Positions 22,201 through 31,972 of a stretch of DNA of 64,000 nucleotides are shown here, in pieces. The stretch is from positions 172,653 to 236,652 of the IMG/VR virus record IMGVR_UViG_3300028384_001500. One strand, given 5' to 3'. The position numbers and the translations under genes were made by a program. The notes under the pieces were generated by a model. That model saw nothing but the letters and a program-made list of their open reading frames with translations. It searched no databases and was not told where the DNA came from. Every line of letters begins with the position of its first letter. The stretch's first letter is position 1.

Positions 22201-22805
22201 CTAAACTTCTGTACAATAATTTGATTGTCGTTAACCTTTTCAGGTAACTTTATAAAAAACTCTAAAGAGAAAGGAGACTGATTAGGATCTAAAACCGGAG
22301 CTCCGTCAACCCTATCTGATATAGATTCAATAGAAGATCCACGTCTATCTTTAACAATAATTTGTGTACCGTTACTTGAGCTTTCACCCTTGACAGTCCC
22401 AGAAAAATTAAGATATCCTACGTTTTTTGGAAAACTGTCTAGAATATATTTTTCGAAACCGGTTAAACCGTCTTCAAATTCTTCAATAGATTTTTGACTT
22501 TTTTCAAAAGGGTAAAAGTTGACTATTCTATCAAAAGACTCGTTAACATTAGCAACAGCTGAATGGAAAAAAGTATGATTTTCATATCTAGACCAATCTA
22601 TTTTAAGTTGTTGTGTTGAGACTAAATAAGGTTTATCACCGTATCTAAAAGATGAAGTACTTTCTAGATTTGTATTTTTAAACTCTGAATTATCTAAATA
22701 TAAGTCATTTTGTGATGACAAATAATTACTAGATTCCTTATTGTTTCTAGAAAACCTAGGCTTAAAAAGTTTTCCCTGTGATCGATCAAATAGACTTTTT
22801 GACAT
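19290..22805 (-). CDS. Baseplate/tail protein with LamG-like domain(s)
   Basis: FSLEFFIK...FNHVTAFYD...FKIG...LSGSIDDFRYF and LYYRFNE motifs; next to baseplate genes. Confidence 0.65.
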   Translation of the reverse strand: MSKSLFDRSQGKLFKPRFSRNNKESSNYLSSQNDLYLDNSEFKNTNLESTSSFRYGDKPYLVSTQQLKIDWSRYENHTFFHSAVANVNESFDRIVNFYPFEKSQKSIEEFEDGLTGFEKYILDSFPKNVGYLNFSGTVKGESSSNGTQIIVKDRRGSSIESISDRVDGAPVLDPNQSPFSLEFFIKLPEKVNDNQIIVQKFSSLSNNFTLAISASSDTSECNINFGISSGSNYLFVTGALSKNEFNHVTAFYDRLGDQRAKLLINDTVLSSSNAKLFNTLNYEASDFKIGTGVAARMNGLVFTPQETLSGSIDDFRYFHSVDTIKTIKKRKYRSYYPHEGDPTLKLYYRFNEPYGSYGGNDIVLDSSGNSLHERIVNFEVSNRLTSSDVPVLSENINRNPVLFPTFQPSIDLNTDLLTTASLYDEYNPNLITNLIPKHYFQEGTNFREFSEEFDKLGTGFNALSKNSPGSGVSDLPDSQMLIKLLLTYAKFFDELKLMIDGITSYQATEYDEYDTTPDVFLKEKAKITNTTLPYMFSTGDISQLLLGIDLADSKAKSARSLNEIQNLIWRRILSEAPKMKLHKGTVRSIKSAFRNAGIEPDNILTFREYGGSKQKSLDASRILKKDVYRFLNFSSSYGKTTTGVDAQGYPTDSAIPRLKSGFLSGSRIQAGSPPAAGTFVQKSLYKPHGISNDASDGLFTSGSFTYEALYRFEDGYRDEKQSLVRMHITGSTLPTNKEAVLSNLVADDTNVSLYLREQPLSGMETTRLYLTGLNIYDRDTWYVSFGRKAGYEIEGAYRKYELFLRAAKQVNGDLVENYATSSFVHYDNIAGDFFSVQNSTFNASGSFIVIGSQSFQGGAANTFLNGNTSNVPDDAKITNFSGMLANARFFSKNTTYEEYLNRAKNYDSYGVKNPSVNHSFVDEITGSFERVILRTDAKQATQESDSNGNIRLFDFSQNELHLEGSNFPTSQNVMKNVRVDFESLSDNFDLNYSRDKVRVRSFQDASNLEQGYFSTIAPVHEVLPSEESVDDNRLSLDMSVMKGFNANALKMFNDFSALDDALGSPNILFGESYGDLRHLREVYFNNVIEVMDLQKYRDLFKWIDNSFTDVVFSLVPRTTNFLGINFIYESHILERNRFKYLYDEIYMKANQRDGSRGNIFLSQFVGRGKKY

Positions 22806-24331
22806 TATATTACCCTAAATTTAGATGCTGCGTCCTTAATTACTGTATCTTTTCCATTTCTTTTAATTAAAAAATCAAATGAGTAAAGTCTGTTCTTAGG
22901 AAGCGAATCTGTATAAAAATCAAAAAACATACCGTCCTGATCTGTTGATAACTTTGTTGAATTATTAATGGTGTCAAAGTCTATTACAATATTTCCATCA
23001 TTGACATCTCTTATTCTGTAGTACATTTGATTATATATTTCGCTTTTCTTTTCGTAAGGCGTCCGGACGTATGTAATGTCTCTATCTCTTCTTTCTGCAA
23101 AAACTCTTACATTTACGACTTCACCTCTTCTATATTCGTCACTTACGTTTAAAACTGACACAAGTAAGTTATTTTGATTTTGTGTATTTGAAAGCTTTCT
23201 ACCTTCTTTTTTAATTGTTATTGAAGAAGAAAGATACGTGACAGTTTCGTTAGAATTAGTCCAGACTTCATTAAAAGTTATTGATCCGGTAAGATTTGCT
23301 TGTTCATACAAGCTCGTATCAAAGCTTGAAATTGCAAAAGAAGCGCTATATACTCCTGTTTGCGCATGTCTTCCTAAGAGTGCTTGGGATACATTAAACG
23401 TTTCTTTAAAACTTCCACTCTCAATTTTTAGTACCAGACAATTTTCACCTGTTAGTTCTGTCCCGGCTGACCCAGAAATAATATTAGCTAAATTACCTTG
23501 ATGATAATTTCTCAAGTATAAAGATGATGTTGCATTAAATATAAATTCAGAATGGCTATCATTAATACTATCATCAAAATTAATAATTAGTTTTGGCCTT
23601 AAGGCAGATATCTGGACATCTTTTGATGCAAATCTTTTAACAAAATAAGATCGATCATTTTTTTCGTAGCTGCCTGACAATCCTATTAAAAAACCATTAT
23701 CAGGAATTTGCCCTGAAACAGTTCCAGAAACTATAGTTGTTACGTCTATTAAAAGATCTTCCTTTCCTGTCACAAAAGTTTGCTGGGGCGACAAAGAAAC
23801 AGTTGACGTCCCCGAAGGGCCTGCCAAAGATCCGCTTACGTAAATATCAATATTGCTATCACCTAACGATCCAGATGCTGCAGCTCCTGGCAAATCCCAC
23901 TCAACAGCTGAACCGTTAGTTATTGACGCTGTTATAAAGTTTGTTGTCCCTACGTCTGAAAAATTGACAACATTCATTCCAAAACCTTCATCAAAGTTCT
24001 TTGCTAAAGGAAAAAGTATTGCTTTAAAATTGCTAGGAGTTGTTTGACCGCCATATACATCATGAAGCTTAACATAGCATTTAAAAGTGTCATCATTGAT
24101 ATCAATTTTTCCATCTGAATCCATTGTACCAATTTCGTTTACAGGAAACTTTATTAAAAGTCGAGATAATTCAATAGGATTTGTTTCTCCAGAAATTTTA
24201 TTTTCATTGTAAAGTTTAAATAGGTCGAGTGTGCCTGCAGCGCCTACATTTGCATCTGTAGCTCTAAAATTATTTTTAATAATTTTGTTTGTAATGTAAG
24301 TGTCTTTTGATGCGCTTAATATTCTATACAT
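22805..24331 (-). CDS. Baseplate-associated structural protein
   Basis: 508 aa, TAATG-coupled directly downstream of the baseplate wedge gene. Confidence 0.55.
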   Translation of the reverse strand: MYRILSASKDTYITNKIIKNNFRATDANVGAAGTLDLFKLYNENKISGETNPIELSRLLIKFPVNEIGTMDSDGKIDINDDTFKCYVKLHDVYGGQTTPSNFKAILFPLAKNFDEGFGMNVVNFSDVGTTNFITASITNGSAVEWDLPGAAASGSLGDSNIDIYVSGSLAGPSGTSTVSLSPQQTFVTGKEDLLIDVTTIVSGTVSGQIPDNGFLIGLSGSYEKNDRSYFVKRFASKDVQISALRPKLIINFDDSINDSHSEFIFNATSSLYLRNYHQGNLANIISGSAGTELTGENCLVLKIESGSFKETFNVSQALLGRHAQTGVYSASFAISSFDTSLYEQANLTGSITFNEVWTNSNETVTYLSSSITIKKEGRKLSNTQNQNNLLVSVLNVSDEYRRGEVVNVRVFAERRDRDITYVRTPYEKKSEIYNQMYYRIRDVNDGNIVIDFDTINNSTKLSTDQDGMFFDFYTDSLPKNRLYSFDFLIKRNGKDTVIKDAASKFRVI

Positions 24332-26175
24332 TATACAACTCTCCCTTTGATATCACTATTTGGAAACTTAACTTCAAATATACCACCTATAGGAGGAAAT
24401 AGCATTCCTCTATCTAGATTTTGTTTGACATTAAAACTATAAGTGCTGTATAGTTTGTTATCAACAATACCTTTTTTATTAACAATGTTTAGCGAAAGTA
24501 TTGAAACAACACCGGGTACGTTAAGAATCAAATTTTCAATTTCGCCAACAATGATTGGTTTATTGATTTGAAAGTTTTTTATGTTAAAGTAATTTTTAAT
24601 TTTTGAATTAATTGCATTAATTACAATTTCAGATCGATATCCTTTTTCAATTGTGACGTTATAATTCATTCCAATATTAACTATCACTCCGTCTAAAATA
24701 TCTATTGCATCTGAAACTAATCTAAACTTATTTAAGTATTTAGCAAGATTATTTTTTAACGTATCAGAAGAAGTAACAATATTTCCTGAGCTGGATCTCG
24801 AAAGAATATGAAGTTGTGATCCCCTAGGGTTGCGTGGATTATCGGAAACTGCTACCCTAAAGACTCTTCCAAAGTTTGAAGGCATTGAGTATACTCTTGC
24901 AATTAAGTCCTCTCTTGTTACAATTCTATTTTGCGCATTTCTATTTAGTATTGCTATATTTCTTAACTCTTCGAGAGTAGGTTCATCTTCACCACCTGCT
25001 GCTTTTTTAAAGTTAGTGACGTCCAAAGAAGATCTTACAAACGCTTCAGTTGATGGTGAAAGTGACGAGTTAAATGTTGTCAAAAGAGATTTAACAGATG
25101 TTATTTTTCCTGCAGAAACATTATGTGATAATCCTCCACCATATCTGTATGTTACTGTTAGTGTAGTATTCCTGGGTGATATTCCTAAAGTCTGTGTTGT
25201 TAAAAAGCTATTTGGATCAATAGCTACAGTTGTCAATGCTGTTCTATCTCCATAAAGTCTAATTGCATGTTCACTAGGGTCCGGAATTACGTCTTCGTCA
25301 AAAGATTCTTCTGATCCAGCACCAAACCTTAATGTTGTTTTTCCTGTATTATTACTTCTAGTCTTTACAAATCTTTTTGGCGCATGCATGATTTCCATTC
25401 TAAAAGGAACGTCAGCACTATCGTAGGAATTATTTTCGTATGTTTTAAAAATTGTATCTTGGGATAGCGTGTCAACTTCATAGTAATTATCACCGCTAGT
25501 GTCAACAACAGATATGATCTCTGTTACCCCTTCCTGGTCAAGTGTAATTGTTCTAAATGGAATTAGTTGATCACTTATTGCGATTGATTCTGTGGCTATT
25601 TTCGAGCTAGCAGCGATACCATTTAACTTAACAATGAAGTTTGTAGGGACTCCTCCTGACGATGCACCAATAGAGTAATTAGCTATTAATTCACCTGCAT
25701 CGTTTGTTTTTGAAAAGTCCATATCTTCTAAAAGCACAAAGTCGATGCCATCAGGAGTAGAAAAGACTGAGTTTTTTCTTACGACAGGAAGTGCAATAGT
25801 TTGTGGTTTGTATTCGCCATTAACTAATTGGGCAGGAATAATTAAAGACAGCGTCACATCAGCATATGCAGGACTAGCAGCTGGTATTTCTATTCCTGCC
25901 TCCCTTATAAGTCTTTCAAGATTGTTTCTGTCCACAGCGTTTTCAATTGAGTTTTCATTAAATTGATGATCCATATAAAAGGTCATAACATCACCAACAT
26001 AAGAAGCTAAGTCTAATATAAGCCCACCCATACTTGCGTCAGAAAAATCAACAATATTGTCTCTAAAGTGTGTAAGCGCATATCTTCTTAGTTCATTTCT
26101 CAAAGACTTAAAGTCTTTATTTGTATAGCTTCTTTCCTTGTGCTTTTGGACTTCTTTTTTAATGTTTTTTGCCAA
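24331..26175 (-). CDS. Baseplate wedge subunit (Baseplate J / T4 gp6-like)
   Basis: YTNKDFKSLRNEL...DFSDASMGGLILDLASYVGDVMTFYMD; LRFGAG; AAGGEDEPTLEELR...QNRIVTREDL; TTG start with AGGAGG SD. Confidence 0.85.
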   Translation of the reverse strand: MAKNIKKEVQKHKERSYTNKDFKSLRNELRRYALTHFRDNIVDFSDASMGGLILDLASYVGDVMTFYMDHQFNENSIENAVDRNNLERLIREAGIEIPAASPAYADVTLSLIIPAQLVNGEYKPQTIALPVVRKNSVFSTPDGIDFVLLEDMDFSKTNDAGELIANYSIGASSGGVPTNFIVKLNGIAASSKIATESIAISDQLIPFRTITLDQEGVTEIISVVDTSGDNYYEVDTLSQDTIFKTYENNSYDSADVPFRMEIMHAPKRFVKTRSNNTGKTTLRFGAGSEESFDEDVIPDPSEHAIRLYGDRTALTTVAIDPNSFLTTQTLGISPRNTTLTVTYRYGGGLSHNVSAGKITSVKSLLTTFNSSLSPSTEAFVRSSLDVTNFKKAAGGEDEPTLEELRNIAILNRNAQNRIVTREDLIARVYSMPSNFGRVFRVAVSDNPRNPRGSQLHILSRSSSGNIVTSSDTLKNNLAKYLNKFRLVSDAIDILDGVIVNIGMNYNVTIEKGYRSEIVINAINSKIKNYFNIKNFQINKPIIVGEIENLILNVPGVVSILSLNIVNKKGIVDNKLYSTYSFNVKQNLDRGMLFPPIGGIFEVKFPNSDIKGRVV

Positions 26176-26176
26176 T

Positions 26177-26668
26177 TTATCCTCCTACGTTAATATCTAC
26201 TTCTAAAGCCATGTTGGGGCTTTTAAACTTAGGAATCGTATAGTCAATTCTTATTCTTACTTTTGTCATACCTAAATTGTTTAATTCGTTTTTTTCTGCA
26301 TCATCTACAAAAACAGCTTTAATGTTATTAATAGCTATACTAGGAATGTACTTCTTTGTTGTCTCAATAATTGTTTCGCTAACTGCTGTTTCAAAGTTAG
26401 GTGAGTTACTGTATTCAAAAACGACACTGTTTAAATTTGCACCAAAATTAAAAGTTCCTAATCGCTCACCGTGATTAGTCATGATTAAGTTTCTAAAGTT
26501 ATCTGCCAACTGTTTAACAGGATTTGTGTGCATTTCAAAAAGATCATCACCCTGTACTAGTGGTGTTTTAAACCCAATTGGTCGGTTTTGTGTAGGCGGT
26601 GCTTTTGTAAATTGTCGAGCTGATTTTCTAACACCACTACTTTTAAAATTGAATTGAGAATGACTCAT
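26177..26668 (-). CDS. gp25/GPW-like baseplate wedge protein
   Basis: NFRNLIMTNHGERLGTFNFGANLNSVVFE matches the gp25-like T..GER....FG pattern; 163 aa; next to the J-like gene. Confidence 0.85.
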   Translation of the reverse strand: MSHSQFNFKSSGVRKSARQFTKAPPTQNRPIGFKTPLVQGDDLFEMHTNPVKQLADNFRNLIMTNHGERLGTFNFGANLNSVVFEYSNSPNFETAVSETIIETTKKYIPSIAINNIKAVFVDDAEKNELNNLGMTKVRIRIDYTIPKFKSPNMALEVDINVGG

Positions 26669-26688
26669 ATTAACGCCTCATTTTTATA

Positions 26689-26697
26689 TATAAATAT
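26689..26697 (-). promoter_or_regulatory. ATANTTATA putative late-promoter motif
   Basis: ATATTTATA about 21 nt upstream of the gp25-like ATG. Confidence 0.45.
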
Positions 26698-26700
26698 ACC

Positions 26701-27837
26701 TTACTTTAAAATTCCCAATCCTATAGCTGCACTTTTCATAATTAAACCTTCCCCAAACAAAATTCCGACTACAGATACAACCAGTGACCCGACAAGCGTG
26801 AGTATAGTTTGATGCAAAGCAGATATTAAAGATGTACTATCTTTAAGAAGATTTTTAATTTTTTCATTTTTTTCTAATTCATTAAAAAACTTTCCAAAAA
26901 TAGAATCTGCAAGAGCTTTTAAAAAGTTAGGTATGCTAAACTCACCAGTTAGTATCTTTTTTGCTTCTTCGATTGCTGCTATAAGTATATCAGGCGGGTC
27001 AAGTATACCAGCTGGCGTCGAAGCTAGGGCGATTTCTCGAAGCATGTCAAGTTTTATCTTAAGCATTTCAATAAAAATCACACCAATAGGCGGCACATCT
27101 AGTTCAAAATTAAACAAAAAGGCTATTATCGACTCGAGTGATATAAGTTCTAGATCTATTCCTGGAATATCAAAATCAAACAAACTTATTGGATCTGTTA
27201 TGTCAGGTATTGCAGGTAACTCAGGTATTTCAATATTGAATCCTGCTGCTATTTTTTCGGCAGCTTCTAATATTTTCGTTTTAACGTCGTTAATGTTAAG
27301 TTCTGAAATTATTTCTTTAAAAACTTCTGCTATTTTTTCGGCAGCTTTTGTCACTATGTCTATATCGTCAATGCCCTCAGCTAGTTTTTTAATTTGATTC
27401 ATTAGCTCTTTGCTTCTTTCTAAAACTTCTGGTAATTTTGTAAGTAAAAATTCATTCGGGTTTGGTATACCTATATCAGATAGTATATCTGTTAAATTAT
27501 TCAAAACAGGCAGCAAAGCTGCTGTTGGATCTGACACTCCAACAGCAGATAGAACATTAACAGCAGGTATTGCATCGACAATAGAAAAAATAGGTTTAAC
27601 AGCAGGTATAAAAACAGATCTAAAGGTTGATTCATCTTTTGATGCTTGTGCGATAAAACCATCAGCTGCTGATTCTGCTGCTTCACCCGTAGGCAGTTCT
27701 ACGTCAAAACCAAAGTCTAAATCTAAAAAATCAATTCTAGGCTTTTTGCCAGCACGAATTCCTTCCTCTATAGCTTTGATAAACATATCTGAAAAACCAC
27801 CATCTAAGTCTATTCCTATGTTTTTTAAAGCTCCCAT
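26701..27837 (-). CDS. Hypothetical acidic/Pro-rich protein with a hydrophobic C-terminus
   Basis: 378 aa; IPELPAIPDITDP-type repeats; C-terminal LTLVGSLVVSVVGILFG segment. Confidence 0.5.
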   Translation of the reverse strand: MGALKNIGIDLDGGFSDMFIKAIEEGIRAGKKPRIDFLDLDFGFDVELPTGEAAESAADGFIAQASKDESTFRSVFIPAVKPIFSIVDAIPAVNVLSAVGVSDPTAALLPVLNNLTDILSDIGIPNPNEFLLTKLPEVLERSKELMNQIKKLAEGIDDIDIVTKAAEKIAEVFKEIISELNINDVKTKILEAAEKIAAGFNIEIPELPAIPDITDPISLFDFDIPGIDLELISLESIIAFLFNFELDVPPIGVIFIEMLKIKLDMLREIALASTPAGILDPPDILIAAIEEAKKILTGEFSIPNFLKALADSIFGKFFNELEKNEKIKNLLKDSTSLISALHQTILTLVGSLVVSVVGILFGEGLIMKSAAIGLGILK

Positions 27838-27841
27838 TTTA

Positions 27842-29407
27842 TTACCTAAACATTACTTTGCTAGCAAATTTACCAGCTGGTCCTGACGCATCTTGTGGGT
27901 CAATACCCACAACGCCACCCATCGTTGATGTTATTGGCACACCTGAAACAGTTCCTCCTGCTGGAATACCTGTTTGAACAAGTGCTACATTTAGTGCGTC
28001 TTCAGGTTCCCCACCTAGATATAAAAGACCGTTTGCACCTGGGACTATAGCTATTGAACCGTCCTGTCGTATGCTAATATACGCGCCGCCTTTGGCGGCC
28101 TTAAGAATAATATTGCCTTTGTCATCTAAATCAATAAACGTTTCCCCTATTTTAGATGCTAGCCTTACATCTTCACTTCCAACAACTCTGTTATGCTTAG
28201 CATAAGTAATTATTGACGGACCTAGTTTTAGGTTATCTCCTAGAATGTCAAAATTAATGCCAAAAACGTTGTCAACGTCACAATTGTGAGAAAGATACAT
28301 TCTTGCGCCAATGTCTATTGCATCTGTTTTATCGTCAACTAGTTCTTTATCAAAAACAGTGTCATCTTTGTACCTTATGTGCGCTAGCTTATCATTTTCT
28401 ATATAAGCATATAAGTCGTCATCTGTGGAGTTTTTGACTGTATTGATTTTATCTAATTTTTCTGTTGGTGTACTTTCTGTAAGTTGGTTTATGGATTCAA
28501 GTTTTCTTTTTACAAATATGTCAATCGCTGACATGTCTGTCTTTCTAGCAGCTAGTGTATCGCTAGATGATAACTTTCCTGTAAATTTTACAGGATCAGC
28601 GTTTACTTCTTCAGGAAGGCTAAACTTTTCTGTTGTTAAATGTATACCTGAATTGTTGGATCCTTGAAGAAGTAAATCAGAACAACCTTTTGCCATTCTT
28701 GGAACCGGTTCTCCTGTAAACTCACCTCTGTATGCATACGAATTAGAAAATAAGTCGATAAATGTAGTATCTAGGTTCGTAAATTCATCTTCACCTTTAT
28801 TTAGAATTGATCCTAGACTTAATAAATCATCAGACAAATCTCTTGCTCCGGCACTTTTAATGAATTCGTCAAGTATTACATTTGTTCCCGATGTTCTTTC
28901 AATATGAGTAAAGTTTAAGTCATCAACGTGAATTGAACCAACCTGGCGACACATCCAATAGTAGAGTTTTGATCCTCTCATATCAGCTTCAATTAGCCAG
29001 ACATACTCTCCTGGTTTTAAAGGTAAGGATAAGTGAGGAGGGAAGAATGGGTAACAAACAACAGGCAAAGCACCATCTTTTGAATTATTTCCAGCGTCAA
29101 CAATTTTTGCAAATATTGAATTAATAGGAGCAGTTTCAACTAACTCTTTGTTTTTTATACCCAGATTGATACCTTCTAGTTTTTTACGACCAGAAAGTAC
29201 CTCGCCAACAGTTGCTTCGTCTCCATTATCGTTTTTAATTTTGCTTCTTAAAAACTCATACGGGTTTGAGATTACGTCTGTTACAATACCTGTCAAAAAC
29301 CTGTATTCAACGCCTCTCTCTAGTCTGTCTTTTGAATTTTGCAACAAGTCAGAACCTGCAACCTTTCCGAGCGTCGACTTAAGAAATCGGTAATCTTTTC
29401 CTGCCAC
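27842..29407 (-). CDS. Baseplate central spike/hub protein (gp5/VgrG-like, no lysozyme domain)
   Basis: N-terminal OB-fold-like CYPFFPPHLSLPLKPGEYVWLI; C-terminal beta-helix-like FIDLDDKGNIILK/YISIRQDGSIAI; GTG start with GGAG SD. Confidence 0.65.
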   Translation of the reverse strand: MAGKDYRFLKSTLGKVAGSDLLQNSKDRLERGVEYRFLTGIVTDVISNPYEFLRSKIKNDNGDEATVGEVLSGRKKLEGINLGIKNKELVETAPINSIFAKIVDAGNNSKDGALPVVCYPFFPPHLSLPLKPGEYVWLIEADMRGSKLYYWMCRQVGSIHVDDLNFTHIERTSGTNVILDEFIKSAGARDLSDDLLSLGSILNKGEDEFTNLDTTFIDLFSNSYAYRGEFTGEPVPRMAKGCSDLLLQGSNNSGIHLTTEKFSLPEEVNADPVKFTGKLSSSDTLAARKTDMSAIDIFVKRKLESINQLTESTPTEKLDKINTVKNSTDDDLYAYIENDKLAHIRYKDDTVFDKELVDDKTDAIDIGARMYLSHNCDVDNVFGINFDILGDNLKLGPSIITYAKHNRVVGSEDVRLASKIGETFIDLDDKGNIILKAAKGGAYISIRQDGSIAIVPGANGLLYLGGEPEDALNVALVQTGIPAGGTVSGVPITSTMGGVVGIDPQDASGPAGKFASKVMFR

Positions 29408-29408
29408 A

Positions 29409-29744
29409 TTAATCTCCTATACTATTAAATATATCATCAGGAGATACTGTGTCTTGTCTTTCTTGTTCTTTTGCTATAACTTCTGCCAGTTTAATAATTT
29501 GATCATTACATTTTGACATTCTTTCTAGATATTTTGTTGCCAAACCGCCATAAGTTGAATGATTTGCTGCATTACCCGGGATTGTAACCAATAAGTCATT
29601 TAAAAGAATTGCAGCACTTTCTCTATCTTCAATGGCATTTTGATAGGACTCTCTCCACAAAAGCTTTTTTTTGTCTTCAGTATTCTCTAAACTGTCTAAT
29701 AGATCAGCAAATTCTTTTATTTTGTCTTCTTTGTTCTTTTTCAT
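29409..29744 (-). CDS. Hypothetical helical protein
   Basis: 111 aa, TAATG-coupled to the sigma-like gene, helical pattern. Confidence 0.55.
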   Translation of the reverse strand: MKKNKEDKIKEFADLLDSLENTEDKKKLLWRESYQNAIEDRESAAILLNDLLVTIPGNAANHSTYGGLATKYLERMSKCNDQIIKLAEVIAKEQERQDTVSPDDIFNSIGD

Positions 29745-30505
29745 TAAAGTCCCATTTTAAACATCGATGAATATTCATCATTGTTTTTAACTATTTCCCT
29801 ATAATGTTTTCTTACATTCGACATTGCTACTGAGAGCTGCTTTGGATTAAGTCCTGATATTTCCCTTAAATAGACAAAAATAGCTCTCTTGTTTAAAAAT
29901 TCTAGCTCATCTATGTTTTCAAATAGTTTTATCACAGCATGCACACAGAGTTTTTCATTTTCATTTCTAATTTTATTTGAAATAATATTAAGTACTTCAA
30001 ACATTCTTTTTCTGTCTTCCCTTCTTATCATTGTCGACTCTGGAGAAGGCACATAACTATACACTTCTATGCTTTGTTTATCTTTTGAACTTAAACTTGC
30101 AAAATTTTCAAAGCTAACATTTCTTCTCTCTTTTTTGTTTCGCTTGTTTGTTTGAATTATTAAAAAGTTTTTAGCACAAACATTAAAATATGAAAACGCT
30201 TTAGATCCTCTTTCAGGATCAAACTTTTCTAAAGTTTCATATAAAAAAGTAACAGCATCGTTTTTAAGAATACTAAAAGAAGCAGGGTCTCTTGCAAAAC
30301 TATGTATGAAGATTAAGTTTTCAACTAGCTTATTAAAAGAAGGCCTAATTTTTTCTTCATATATTTTATGCTTTTCTTTTACACATAGACTGGATTGGTA
30401 TTCAACAATGGCTTCGTGAGCTTCTTTTCCAAAATAAAGTTTTTTTTGTGTTGATTTTTTGCCTCTTTTAACTGTCTTCTTTTTTAATTTCGCCACTATT
30501 TTCAC
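29744..30505 (-). CDS. Phage sigma factor, gp55-like (late transcription)
   Basis: LEKFDPERGSKAFSYFNVCAKN resembles sigma region 2 (FDP..G..FSTYA) and T4 gp55; sits just upstream of the structural block; may start at GTG 30496. Confidence 0.65.
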   Translation of the reverse strand: MKIVAKLKKKTVKRGKKSTQKKLYFGKEAHEAIVEYQSSLCVKEKHKIYEEKIRPSFNKLVENLIFIHSFARDPASFSILKNDAVTFLYETLEKFDPERGSKAFSYFNVCAKNFLIIQTNKRNKKERRNVSFENFASLSSKDKQSIEVYSYVPSPESTMIRREDRKRMFEVLNIISNKIRNENEKLCVHAVIKLFENIDELEFLNKRAIFVYLREISGLNPKQLSVAMSNVRKHYREIVKNNDEYSSMFKMGL

Positions 30506-30788
30506 TCTCCATATTTTTTGTAATCTTATTAGCTATAACAAGTATTGATCTGTGACAATCTTTAATATCATTTATTACTTGCCTGATTTCAACTGAGTCA
30601 AAAAATATAGGTTTTTGAATAACTTCATTCATACTGCTATATTTTGCATTAAGTATGTCAAGAGACTCTTCAACAGCGTCTTCTATATCAATAATTAGCA
30701 AAGCAAATTGATATAGCTTCCACCCAAGAAACGCAGATAAAGACATTGACAGGCCACACAAAATCATAAGTATGATATTTAAACTCAT
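30468..30788 (-). CDS. Small membrane-anchored coiled-coil protein
   Basis: N-terminal hydrophobic helix (IILMILCGLSMSLSAFLGW) followed by a helical region. Confidence 0.55.
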   Translation of the reverse strand: MSLNIILMILCGLSMSLSAFLGWKLYQFALLIIDIEDAVEESLDILNAKYSSMNEVIQKPIFFDSVEIRQVINDIKDCHRSILVIANKITKNMESENSGEIKKEDS

Positions 30789-31972
30789 TTTTCTAAGTAC
30801 TCGCTCAAAAGATTATTATATTTATTAATAATTGCTGATCTATTGTAATTAAATCTTACATCCTTCATTAACAATTTGGCATTTTGTTTTGCAGATTGGT
30901 AGTCATCTTTTATTTTTCGAATTTCTTTTTTAAAGCTTTCTTCTTTAGGGTTTGCCCATTTAAACCCTTCTTTAAACACCCTATTATCTATTTTAGACTT
31001 TTGTATTTCAACCAAATCGTAATCAACTACTCCAAAATATTTTTTATTTAAAAATTCTAAATGTCCTGACCATCCTGTTGCAATAATTGGGATTCCAGAA
31101 GCAGCAGCCTCTACTAAAGGTAGTCCGTAACCTTCTCCTCTTGTTGCTGTGGCATAGCATTTAACGTAACGATGATTGAAAAGTGCAGACATTTCTTCTT
31201 TTTGCATATTACCATGAACTAGTTTAATTTTAGGGTGGCTAGGTAATTGATGTGCCTCTTTAAAAGATCTTAAGTAATCTATACACATTTTTTTATCTAC
31301 AGTCGACCCTTTTCCAAAACTAGTCTTAAGAATGATTTCTACATTTTCGTCGTCTTTAAATTCTTCACACGTCCATTTAATTGTATTTAGAATATTTTTT
31401 CTATCATTTTCAGGTATTTGACTTGTTAACGTTCCTACCATTAAGACATTAAACTTATTACTAATTTTTTTAAATCTATCATCATTTAGTATTTTATCAT
31501 TAAGACTTTTATTAGTTAAAACTGGATTAAACCACTCTTGTATGACAGAAAGTTTTGTGGTAACTATTCCTGATCTCTTAAGTACATTTTTTGTAAATGT
31601 TGAGGGTACAATTACATGATCCATGCTATTACATTTATCAACCCATTCCGGAGAACACTTGTCAGTTTCTACTAGCGCAGTCACACCAATGTTAAATTTT
31701 CCCAAAGAAGTATCCCACTCATCAGGAAGCTGAACTTGAATTGACATGTCTATTTCATTTTTATTAAAGGGTTTAGACTTAGCCATTATTCTTTTTACTA
31801 TTCCATTTTCTTCTTTTTCATCAATTATCCAACTTGTCCTTCCCCACTGGAGACACTCAACAATCAAGTCTATATCTTCTCTTCCATCTAACCAATCAAA
31901 TATTTGGCGTGAATGTACCCCGTAACCACTATTTGTGAGTAAAGGTGCTCTTAAAAGTATCTTTTTCATCAT
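30785..31972 (-). CDS. Glycosyltransferase, GT4-like (GT-B)
   Basis: SGYGVHSR N-terminal motif; TRGEGYGLPLVEAAASGIPIIATGWSGH (EX7E). Confidence 0.85.
   Translation of the reverse strand: MMKKILLRAPLLTNSGYGVHSRQIFDWLDGREDIDLIVECLQWGRTSWIIDEKEENGIVKRIMAKSKPFNKNEIDMSIQVQLPDEWDTSLGKFNIGVTALVETDKCSPEWVDKCNSMDHVIVPSTFTKNVLKRSGIVTTKLSVIQEWFNPVLTNKSLNDKILNDDRFKKISNKFNVLMVGTLTSQIPENDRKNILNTIKWTCEEFKDDENVEIILKTSFGKGSTVDKKMCIDYLRSFKEAHQLPSHPKIKLVHGNMQKEEMSALFNHRYVKCYATATRGEGYGLPLVEAAASGIPIIATGWSGHLEFLNKKYFGVVDYDLVEIQKSKIDNRVFKEGFKWANPKEESFKKEIRKIKDDYQSAKQNAKLLMKDVRFNYNRSAIINKYNNLLSEYLEK

Noticed and set aside
13936-29744. Repeated TAATG stop-start overlaps (13936, 18174, 22805, 24331, 29744)
   Set aside because: Real, but ordinary translational coupling in phage operons
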